From positions 45,108 through 60,802 of the forward strand of contig NZ_KB849235.1 in NCBI RefSeq assembly GCF_000368045.1: a DNA stretch of 15,695 nt. Direction: 5' to 3'. Of this stretch, positions 8,456 to 15,663 are shown piece by piece; positions within the stretch are counted from its first letter, which is position 1; each line of letters begins with the position of its first letter. Under the pieces are notes generated by a model. The model had not been told where the DNA came from and did no database searches. It was given only the letters and a program-made list of their open reading frames with translations. Source of the DNA: Acinetobacter johnsonii CIP 64.6 (GTDB lineage Bacteria; Pseudomonadota; Gammaproteobacteria; Pseudomonadales; Moraxellaceae). Made by a program: the position numbers and the translations under genes.

Positions 8456-11400
8456 GTGAATTCTTTATTTTATAACGTCTTAGGTTATGTTTGGCAGTAT
8501 GTGAGCAACCCTAAAGCTATTATGGCTATATCGGGTTTTGTCGCACTAATGGCCATGTATAACGTCATTCCAGCCAAAATCTTTTGGCCTTTAATGATTT
8601 GTTATGTATTCGGGTTGATGCTGTGGGGGATTTATTTACTCATTGTACGTCGTCGACATGCTGCACAAGGTGAAGCTCTTGCCGATGCCATTGCACATGA
8701 CACCAATGCAGAATATGGCAAACAAAAAAACAAAGATGAACTTCATTTGATTCAGCAACAAATGAAAGAATCTATTCAGTTGATTCGAAAATCAAAACTG
8801 GGGGATAAAAAGGGCAATGCTGCACTCTACGAGTTGCCATGGTATATGGTAATTGGTAATCCTGCTGCGGGTAAAAGTTCGGCCATTTATAATTCGGGTT
8901 TAAAGTTTCCTTTTGAAGAAACTCATCAAAAATCAGTTTCTGCTGGACTCAGCGGAACACGTCATTGCGACTGGTTTTTTTCAACAGAAGGCGTGTTATT
9001 AGATACTGCAGGTCGTTATTCTGTTTATGCAGAAGATCATTTTGAGTGGCTAGGTTTTTTAAATATTTTGAAAAAAAACCGCTCAAAAGCACCAATCAAT
9101 GGCTTGATCGTGATTGTCAGTATTGCTGAGTTGGTGAGTAACAGTCCAGAAAAGTCGATCAAATTGGCAAAGAATTTACGTGCCCGGATTCAAGATCTCA
9201 CTGAGCGCCTAGAAGTTTTTTCGCCTGTTTATTTGGTCTTCTCTAAAATGGATCTGATTGCAGGCTTTACTGAGTTTTTTGAATGTTATGAAGTCGGTGA
9301 GTTTGATCAGGTTTGGGGGGCAACACTGCCTTATACAACCGATGGGGCCAATAATGTTGTAGAATTGTTTGAAAAACACTATTCAATTTTATATGACGGT
9401 TTAAAAGGCGTCAGTACGACACATCTCAGCCGCCGACATTCGCAGAATATTTCTCCAAGTGTCATGACATTTCCTTTAGAGTTTAAGAGCTTAAAGCCTG
9501 CGTTAAAGACATTTATTGGCACGCTGTTTGAAGATAACCCTTACCAATTTAAACCTGTTTTTCGTGGCTTTTATTTCACCAGTGCACTGCAAGAAGGCAT
9601 TATTGAAAGTCCAATGACCGAGCAAATTGCTCAAGACTTTTTATTGCAAAAAGGTTTAGACAATGAAAATGGCATTCCAACGCGCTCAGTTTCGCAAAAC
9701 CATGGCTATTTTTTAAAAGGTTTATTTTCTGACATTATTCTGAAAGACAAGAACCTCGTTAAACAGCATATTAACCCTAGCCGAAAGCGTCAGCGTTATA
9801 TTGCCTTTGTTGCCGCTTTATTTGGTGTAGCCATCATTTTAAGTCTATGGGTGTGGTCTTATCGGAATAATCAACAATTGATTGCAGATGTACAAGCCGA
9901 TTTAGACAAAGTTGTTTTACTTGAAAAGCAATCGGGTCAAGAGTTGTCTACACAGCTGAGTGCACTCTTGATTTTACAGGAACGTATGCAGCAGTTGGAC
10001 CAATTTGAAGAAGATCGTCCTTTAAAGCTGGGTTTTGGTCTATATCAGGGAGATGAGCTGCAGGAGAAGCTAAAAACAGAATATTTAAAGGGTGTTGAGC
10101 AAATCGTCTTGATTCCAACACAACAAAATATTGCCCAATATCTACAGCGGGTGAAAAGCAATGAAGAAAAATTGCGCACAAACCATGCAAATGTAGAGCT
10201 GACACCTGTTGCAAAAACACAGCAATATTTAGAGCCTAATGATGCAAATCCACAAGATGCATACAATGCTTTAAAAGCCTATTTAATGATGGGCAATACT
10301 CAATATATGGATGCAAGCCATTTAAGTGATCAAGTCACACGTTTCTGGCGTTCATGGTTGGATAATAATCGTGGGCAAATGCCGCGCGGCGAAATGATCC
10401 AAAAGGCAGAGCAAATTTTGTCATATAGCATGACTTTAGCTGGTGACCCTAAATTTCCAGTACTCAGCTCAGACAGCTTGGTGGTGGATCAAACGCGTCA
10501 AGTTCTTCTGTCTGTTGTTCGTGGAATGCCTGCACGAGACCGTGTTTATAATGAATTAAAAATGCGTGCGGCTGTCCGTTATCCAGCATTAACCATAAAG
10601 CAAATGCTTGGCGATGCCAATCAAAATGCAATTTTAGGGAGTTATGCTTTACCGGGTATGTTTACACATGCGGCATGGTCAGAATATATTGAACAAGCCA
10701 TCGATGAAGTTGCAAAACGTCCTACGGATACCAAAGACTGGGTACTCAACAGCACACAGTCGGATGACTTATCATTTAGTGGTAGCCCAGATCAAATCCG
10801 TAAACAGCTCACAGAACTCTATAAAAAAGAATATATTGCGGAGTGGCGGAAATTTTTAGGTGCGATACATTATGCAAAAGCTAAGGATTACGGACAACAG
10901 GCGAGTTTCGTTCAAGTTTTAGGCGAGCCTGAAAACTCACCCATTCGAAGTGTTTTTGATTGCGTTGCCAAAGAAACCAGTTGGGACAACCCAGTCGTAA
11001 TGGCGGAGCTGGCAGCGCCACAAACAGGTTTTGTGGCTTGGTTTAAACGCAAAGTATTAAGACGAGATGAAACTCAGCTTGATGCCAAAGTCATGAATCA
11101 ATCGCAAGGCCCGATTTCTAAAGAATTCCAGATGTTTTATCAATTGGTGCGTAAGCGTGACGACCAACAAAATAAGTCTTTGCTTGATGAATACATGCAA
11201 TCTTTAGCTCAAGTCCGAAGTAAATTCAATGACTTGAAAAGCTCAGGGGATATTGGACCATCTGCGATGAATTTGGTTAAGTCGACCATTAATGAGCAAA
11301 ATTCTGTCTTTAATACAACACAGAAGCTGGTAGATGAAAAAATGTCAGTTGGCCTGTCTGAGGTTGATCAGAAACTGCTCCAAAAGCTGTTGATGTCGCC

Positions 11401-12280
11401 TCTGACACAATCATTTGAAAGTTTAATTCTCCCTGCACAAGATGAGATGAATAAGCTATGGGTTATGCAAGTCTACCAACCTTTCAATACGAACCTGAGT
11501 AAAAAATATCCTTTTAACTCTTCAGCGACACTGCAAGCAACCAGCAATGAAATTAGCCAAATTCTTGGCGAAAATGGCAGTATTGCGCGTTATGTCAAAG
11601 AGTATCTTGATCCACTGGCTATTCGTCGTGGTTATACCTTGACTTCTAAGACATGGAAAGATTTAGGGATTAGTTTAAATCCACAATTTGTAATGAATTT
11701 TCAAAGCTATGTTGCGCCAAGTAATGGCATGGCAACAGGAGCGTTAAATCAAGCTTCGTCTGCACCTGCTGCTACGGCGCAATCCAATTTTCAATTTTAC
11801 CCAATTGAAAATCCTAAGTTTTTATCCTATACCATTGATATTGATGGACAAAGAATGCTTTATGAAAACGGCATTCAACAATGGGTGAATTTTGTATGGC
11901 CAAATGCCGGAGCAATTCCAGGTGCACGTATTACAGCCATTGATTTAGATGGGAAAACGCATACGATTTTTGAGGCGCCTGGTGAATATGGTATTAATCG
12001 TTTAATTGACGGTGCTGAGCGAACGCAACGTGGCGGAAGCTATGAAATGATTTGGAGAAATCAGCAAAATCCAGAGCTTGCAGTAAAAGTCAATTTCCGT
12101 TTAATCAGCGGAGACGCAAATGGTGGAGTAGGCGGGCAGCGCAGTTACAATGGCATGCAACTGGTCGATCAAATTGTCACCAATAAATCCGTACGTGTGG
12201 TGGCAGCGCAAACCACACCTTCAGCAACAGCTGCAAGTCCTAAAGCTCCAACACCAGGTATACAGGAGCCTCGTTTATGA
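8456..12280 (+). CDS. tssM: T6SS membrane-complex subunit TssM (IcmF-like), with an NTPase P-loop
   Basis: GTG at 8456 with AAGAGAG at 8445..8451. The 1274 aa product has two N-terminal TM helices plus a third (YIAFVAALFGVAIILSLWVWSY, near residue 450). It carries Walker A GNPAAGKS (8855..8878), DTAG (9002..9013) and an SKMD motif. The large C-terminal region is typical of IcmF/TssM. Confidence 0.93.
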   Translation: MNSLFYNVLGYVWQYVSNPKAIMAISGFVALMAMYNVIPAKIFWPLMICYVFGLMLWGIYLLIVRRRHAAQGEALADAIAHDTNAEYGKQKNKDELHLIQQQMKESIQLIRKSKLGDKKGNAALYELPWYMVIGNPAAGKSSAIYNSGLKFPFEETHQKSVSAGLSGTRHCDWFFSTEGVLLDTAGRYSVYAEDHFEWLGFLNILKKNRSKAPINGLIVIVSIAELVSNSPEKSIKLAKNLRARIQDLTERLEVFSPVYLVFSKMDLIAGFTEFFECYEVGEFDQVWGATLPYTTDGANNVVELFEKHYSILYDGLKGVSTTHLSRRHSQNISPSVMTFPLEFKSLKPALKTFIGTLFEDNPYQFKPVFRGFYFTSALQEGIIESPMTEQIAQDFLLQKGLDNENGIPTRSVSQNHGYFLKGLFSDIILKDKNLVKQHINPSRKRQRYIAFVAALFGVAIILSLWVWSYRNNQQLIADVQADLDKVVLLEKQSGQELSTQLSALLILQERMQQLDQFEEDRPLKLGFGLYQGDELQEKLKTEYLKGVEQIVLIPTQQNIAQYLQRVKSNEEKLRTNHANVELTPVAKTQQYLEPNDANPQDAYNALKAYLMMGNTQYMDASHLSDQVTRFWRSWLDNNRGQMPRGEMIQKAEQILSYSMTLAGDPKFPVLSSDSLVVDQTRQVLLSVVRGMPARDRVYNELKMRAAVRYPALTIKQMLGDANQNAILGSYALPGMFTHAAWSEYIEQAIDEVAKRPTDTKDWVLNSTQSDDLSFSGSPDQIRKQLTELYKKEYIAEWRKFLGAIHYAKAKDYGQQASFVQVLGEPENSPIRSVFDCVAKETSWDNPVVMAELAAPQTGFVAWFKRKVLRRDETQLDAKVMNQSQGPISKEFQMFYQLVRKRDDQQNKSLLDEYMQSLAQVRSKFNDLKSSGDIGPSAMNLVKSTINEQNSVFNTTQKLVDEKMSVGLSEVDQKLLQKLLMSPLTQSFESLILPAQDEMNKLWVMQVYQPFNTNLSKKYPFNSSATLQATSNEISQILGENGSIARYVKEYLDPLAIRRGYTLTSKTWKDLGISLNPQFVMNFQSYVAPSNGMATGALNQASSAPAATAQSNFQFYPIENPKFLSYTIDIDGQRMLYENGIQQWVNFVWPNAGAIPGARITAIDLDGKTHTIFEAPGEYGINRLIDGAERTQRGGSYEMIWRNQQNPELAVKVNFRLISGDANGGVGGQRSYNGMQLVDQIVTNKSVRVVAAQTTPSATAASPKAPTPGIQEPRL

Positions 12281-12316
12281 TTTCTCGAAAGTGGCTAGGT
12301 TGTAAGGAGTATTGCG

Positions 12317-13273
12317 ATGGATGAACTGCGTACCTTAGCTTTATATTATGGAAAATGTCCTGCACGTGGTGATTTCTTAAAAACACGCGGCCAGTATGCC
12401 TTAATTCAACTGATTGATCAGTGGATTACTGAAGCATTAGAACATGCCATGCAATCAGAGGGATTTAGTCAAGCATATGAAAAGCTACCTTCATTAGACT
12501 TTTTTATTGCCAATCCACAAGAAAATAATTTTCTTGTGGCAAATTTGATAGCCAGTCACGATAGTTCTGGTCGTCAATTTCCAATGGTATTGAGTCATTT
12601 ATTAGAGATTGAAAACAGTTTTGATAATCTTATTTATGCGCCATATCGCTATAAGCAAACTTTAATCGACTTATTTCAAAAGAATCGTGTGGTACGTTCG
12701 ATACGTGACCCCAATATCGTGCTCGATAAATTATCTAAATTAAATAATGAGATACAGGTTTTTAATCACAGCGAAGTTTCGGCATTTTATGAACACCATA
12801 CGATACATTCATTTGCTCAATTACTAAGAATGAGCAGTTATGAGCTTGCACAAAGCATGATTGGACTCGGGTTATTGTTACAACCCGTTATTCAACATGG
12901 TACTAGTCGCTTAACTAAAGTGTTGATATTACCTATTAATAACTCTAGCTACTGCTATGAAATTGCAGCTTTTTGGGTCAATCTAATCAGTTTTTTTATT
13001 CAAAATCAAAATGCTGAGCTTCTGATAGGGGTTTTACATAGCGAAAAACCGGTACTGCTTTTTGGCTTTCAAGGGGCAGATATTATGACCTTAAGTGAAA
13101 TTTTCACGCAAAAGTTAGATTCAGATCACTGGGTTTCATTGGTCCAAGCCAATTGGATTGATGCATATTTAGAGCAAAATGCCGGTTTGGCAACGCTGGA
13201 GCAAGCTTTGTGTGAGCGGCAATTGAGCTTAATACAAGCTGTGAAACTTTTTAAAAAAACTTTTATAGATTAG
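12317..13273 (+). CDS. tagF: T6SS-associated protein TagF (DUF2094/ImpM family)
   Basis: ATG at 12317 with AAGGAG (12304..12309) 7 nt upstream. The N-terminal [16 protein letters not shown] matches the hallmark TagF motif (GKxPxxGDF). The product is 318 aa and sits directly after tssM, as in many T6SS loci. Confidence 0.85.
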   Translation: MDELRTLALYYGKCPARGDFLKTRGQYALIQLIDQWITEALEHAMQSEGFSQAYEKLPSLDFFIANPQENNFLVANLIASHDSSGRQFPMVLSHLLEIENSFDNLIYAPYRYKQTLIDLFQKNRVVRSIRDPNIVLDKLSKLNNEIQVFNHSEVSAFYEHHTIHSFAQLLRMSSYELAQSMIGLGLLLQPVIQHGTSRLTKVLILPINNSSYCYEIAAFWVNLISFFIQNQNAELLIGVLHSEKPVLLFGFQGADIMTLSEIFTQKLDSDHWVSLVQANWIDAYLEQNAGLATLEQALCERQLSLIQAVKLFKKTFID

Positions 13274-13279
13274 TAAAAT

Positions 13280-14044
13280 ATGAAAATAAATCATAGATTT
13301 AAGTCGAATAAATGGCTGCTGACTTTAACGTTGGTTTTGAGCGTGAATGTATGGGCTGAACCGATTATTGTTGAAGGTGTTGTTCCAAATGATGCTAGTA
13401 AGCAAATCATTTTAAACAAGATGTATAGTGTTTATGGCGCTGACCAAGTGATTGATAAAATAAAGGTTAAAGCAGTTAATGCTCCAAATGGTTGGAGTGA
13501 ATCTGTTGCGAATATGGTGGTTCCAGAGTTAAAAAAAGTTCACCAAGGTAAACTTTCTGTACGTGGTACGCAAATGGAACTTAATGGAAAAATATCGAGT
13601 TCAAATGAAGTTCAGCCAACAACAAACTTATTCCAAAGTCTAGTAACGCCACCATATCGATTAAATGCACAGCTTTCTGTCAATCAGGCTGAACAGCAAA
13701 TTATAGATGAAGCGCTTAAAAACAGAATTATAGAATTTGAATCTGGCAGTGCGGTTTTGGCTGCGAATGGGACTCAGATCTTAGATGAAATGGCGGTGGC
13801 TCTAAATAAGGTTGGTGGGAAAAAGGTCAAAATTATCGGACATACAGACAGCTCAGGTGACGCCGCAAAGAATCTTGTTTTAAGTAAAGAGCGTGCTGTA
13901 GCTGTGAAAAATTATTTGATCAATAAAAGTATTGCAGCAGAACGCTTAAGTGTCGAAGGATTGGGCTCAAACAAACCTGTTGCTGATAATGCAACTGCAG
14001 ATGGTCGTAAGAAAAACCGTCGAATTGAATTTGATGTGATCTAA
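13280..14044 (+). CDS. tagN: TagN-like T6SS-associated OmpA-family peptidoglycan-binding protein (exported)
   Basis: ATG at 13280, 6 nt after the tagF stop. The signal-like N-terminus is KSNKWLLTLTLVLSVNVWA/EP. The C-terminal OmpA_C-like domain is IEFESGSAVL...IIGHTDSSGDAAKNLVLSKERAVAVKNYL...GLGSNKPVADNATADGRKKNRRIEF. The N-terminal half has two BON-like segments, judged by pattern only. Confidence 0.85.
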   Translation: MKINHRFKSNKWLLTLTLVLSVNVWAEPIIVEGVVPNDASKQIILNKMYSVYGADQVIDKIKVKAVNAPNGWSESVANMVVPELKKVHQGKLSVRGTQMELNGKISSSNEVQPTTNLFQSLVTPPYRLNAQLSVNQAEQQIIDEALKNRIIEFESGSAVLAANGTQILDEMAVALNKVGGKKVKIIGHTDSSGDAAKNLVLSKERAVAVKNYLINKSIAAERLSVEGLGSNKPVADNATADGRKKNRRIEFDVI

Positions 14045-14094
14045 GTTATTTATAAAAAGCTACATCATCAAGTGTAGCTTTTTATAAATAACTT
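14043..14094. terminator. Perfect 22-bp-arm palindrome; bidirectional rho-independent terminator ending the T6SS operon
   Basis: AAGTTATTTATAAAAAGCTACA (14043..14064), an 8-nt loop TCATCAAG, then TGTAGCTTTTTATAAATAACTT (14073..14094). All 22 positions were checked as complementary. The core AAAAAGCTACA/TGTAGCTTTTT gives a U-run on either strand. It overlaps the tagN stop codon (14042..14044). Confidence 0.75.
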
Positions 14095-14096
14095 AT
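14091..14096. repeat. Left copy of the putative 6-bp target-site duplication (ACTTAT)
   Basis: ACTTAT at 14091..14096 is identical to ACTTAT at 15578..15583. The two copies bracket the IS inverted repeats. Confidence 0.55.
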
Positions 14097-14097
14097 T

Positions 14098-14120
14098 GTT
14101 ATTCCAAAGTAGAAATGTCC
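14098..14120. repeat. IS terminal inverted repeat at the transposase 3' end
   Basis: GTTATTCCAAAGTAGAAATGTCC. A second, subterminal copy CCAAATAGAAATGTCC lies at 14131..14146. Confidence 0.7.
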
Positions 14121-14145
14121 TACCTTAAAACCAAATAGAAATGTC

Positions 14146-15519
14146 CTATATGGACATTTCCAAGTCAAGCACAGGATTTAGATTTCGTTGTTCAATCGCT
14201 GTTTTCTGTGCACGTCTGCTTGGCATCTTTTGAGAACGATTACGTTTGTTTTGCTGTTCCAGTTCTTCATGCTGTTGTTGGATATGATTCAGAACAGCAC
14301 TCAACCGTTTATTCTCAACAATCTCTCGCTGATTCAGCTGACTTAATTTATCGAAGAGGCTGTAATTGATCTTTCGGCTATTATGCATGATGGCTACAGT
14401 ACCATCCGGGTATTCCAGGAACTCAAGATACTTACCGATCAACCTCTGATTTTCTTCGGTGTTTTCCAAGAGATATACGCATTTATCATAAGTAATCGTC
14501 AGGCTATTCGTGACTCTGCGGGGTTCACGCCAGGTAAAAATATCATCTAATTGCTCGGCTGTTTCAGTGACAGAGCGGTGTAAGTTCTTAGGATTAAAGG
14601 CCATCTTTGCAAACTTGAGATTGAACTGCTCAATAAAGCAGGGCAACCACTTATTCGCATCTGCAATCGAACTGATACCTTCCAGACGCATCTCCTTAAT
14701 CAGACGATCCTGAAGTGTCCTGTTGGCCCGTTCCACACGTCCTTTGGCCTGCGGTGAATTGGCGAAGATGATATCGATATTCAGGGTGCTGAGTACACGT
14801 CCAAACTGGGTAATCTTGGTGTCTTTCTTGCTGCTTTGATTCACTCTAAAGACTGAATGTTTGTCGCTGTAAAACGCTAAAGGCTTACCGTGCTGTTCGA
14901 CATATAAACGTGTTGAAATCATATAGTCAAAAGTTGATTCTGACTCACAGAAGCGTAAATGCTGTAATTTGCCTGTGGCATCATCAATGAACACCAGTAG
15001 GCAGCATTTAGCAGCGCGTCCTTCAAACCAGTCATGGTGTGAGCCATCAATTTGGATCAGCTCACCAAAGCAATCCCGGTTGTAACGAGGCTGATACGGG
15101 CGCTTCAGGCGCTTGGATCGAGGAATCCATAAGTCAGCTGCAATCATCCAGGAACGCAGGGTTTCTACTGAAAGATCGAATCCATGCACGGTGGTGAGCT
15201 TTTCATGCGCTAAAGTGGGTCCGAAACCATGGAGTTGGTCAGAAATAATATTGAGGCATTTGAGTCTGAGTTCTTCAGGAAGTTTGGAATTGCTGATTTG
15301 GCCACGACCGGCATGGGCTAATGCAACTGGACCTTGGGCTTTGTATTTCTGCAGTAAGCGTCTGATCTGACGTTCTGAAATATGAAGTAGCTGAGCAGCC
15401 TGGGATTGAGTTATGCGTTGATCGCAGATTTCCTGCAAGACCGACAATCGTTTAAGTTCTTTATCCGACATAGACACCAACATATCAAACCGTCCGCTAA
15501 GGAAATCGCAAAAGTGCAT
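14146..15519 (-). CDS. DDE transposase, IS1202/ISNCY-family-like (N-terminal HTH plus rve-type integrase core)
   Basis: The maximal ORF is 457 aa. The likely true start is ATG at 15471 (MSDKELKRLSVLQEI..., the opening I recall for IS1202-group transposases) or at 15483. The HTH is ITQSQAAQLLHISERQIRRLL. Candidate catalytic residues lie in ELIQIDGSHHDW, AFYSDKHSVF and AKGRVERANRTLQDRL (a D,D,E arrangement). Confidence 0.88.
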   Translation of the reverse strand: MHFCDFLSGRFDMLVSMSDKELKRLSVLQEICDQRITQSQAAQLLHISERQIRRLLQKYKAQGPVALAHAGRGQISNSKLPEELRLKCLNIISDQLHGFGPTLAHEKLTTVHGFDLSVETLRSWMIAADLWIPRSKRLKRPYQPRYNRDCFGELIQIDGSHHDWFEGRAAKCCLLVFIDDATGKLQHLRFCESESTFDYMISTRLYVEQHGKPLAFYSDKHSVFRVNQSSKKDTKITQFGRVLSTLNIDIIFANSPQAKGRVERANRTLQDRLIKEMRLEGISSIADANKWLPCFIEQFNLKFAKMAFNPKNLHRSVTETAEQLDDIFTWREPRRVTNSLTITYDKCVYLLENTEENQRLIGKYLEFLEYPDGTVAIMHNSRKINYSLFDKLSQLNQREIVENKRLSAVLNHIQQQHEELEQQNKRNRSQKMPSRRAQKTAIEQRNLNPVLDLEMSI

Positions 15520-15554
15520 ATTCTAAAAGCGGACATTTTTACTTTGGAGAAACC

Positions 15555-15577
15555 GGACATTTCTATTTTGGAGTTAC
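15555..15577. repeat. IS terminal inverted repeat at the transposase 5' end
   Basis: GGACATTTCTATTTTGGAGTTAC. A subterminal copy GGACATTTTTACTTTGG lies at 15531..15547. Confidence 0.7.
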
Positions 15578-15583
15578 ACTTAT
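15578..15583. repeat. Right copy of the putative 6-bp target-site duplication (ACTTAT)
   Basis: It is identical to 14091..14096 and lies exactly between the IS end and the XerC arm of the dif-type site. Confidence 0.55.
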
Positions 15584-15611
15584 ATTGCGTATAATGTATA
15601 TTATGTTAAAT
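15584..15611 (+). other. dif: XerC/XerD recombination site (dif-type, 28 bp)
   Basis: ATTGCGTATAA-TGTATA-TTATGTTAAAT compared with E. coli dif GGTGCGCATAA-TGTATA-TTATGTTAAAT. The XerC arm matches 8/11, and the 6-bp spacer and 11-bp XerD arm are identical (25/28). The XerC arm is also 10/11 to the ATTTCGTATAA arm common in Acinetobacter pdif sites. Confidence 0.8.
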
Positions 15612-15663
15612 AGCATATCTAAGACTGTAGCCTACGCAACCTCAGTTGGTGCTACAGCTCGAC

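Larger units (their letters stand above)
14097..15577 (-). mobile_element. Insertion sequence (~1.48 kb), IS1202/ISNCY-family-like (ISAba32-subgroup-like by its 6-bp duplication and Xer-site context)
   Basis: It has a single DDE transposase ORF. The terminal inverted repeats are GTTATTCCAAAGTAGAAATGTCC (left, 14098..14120) and the reverse complement of 15555..15577, GTAACTCCAAAATAGAAATGTCC (20/23 identical; the core 17-mer is 16/17). It is flanked by the ACTTAT direct repeat. The exact ends are uncertain by a few bp. Confidence 0.8.

Noticed and set aside
9948-10859. ORFs 9948..10220 (-), 10045..10266 (-) and 10644..10859 (+), inside tssM
   Set aside because: They are internal to a continuous 1274-aa TssM reading frame with family motifs, and nothing supports them independently.
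15520-15577. Promoter for the transposase inside the IS end (TAGAAT just upstream of the 15519 ATG, with a weak -35 TCCAAA)
   Set aside because: The -35 match is only 3/6 and the region is dominated by the repeat motifs. It is plausible and would favour the downstream ATG at 15471/15483 as the true start, but it is too weak to call as a feature.
14510-15594. Plus-strand ORFs 14510..14713, 15113..15370 and 15406..15594, inside the IS
   Set aside because: They are antisense to the transposase gene and Arg/Ser-rich, as expected for shadow frames. The last one runs out across the IS inverted repeat.
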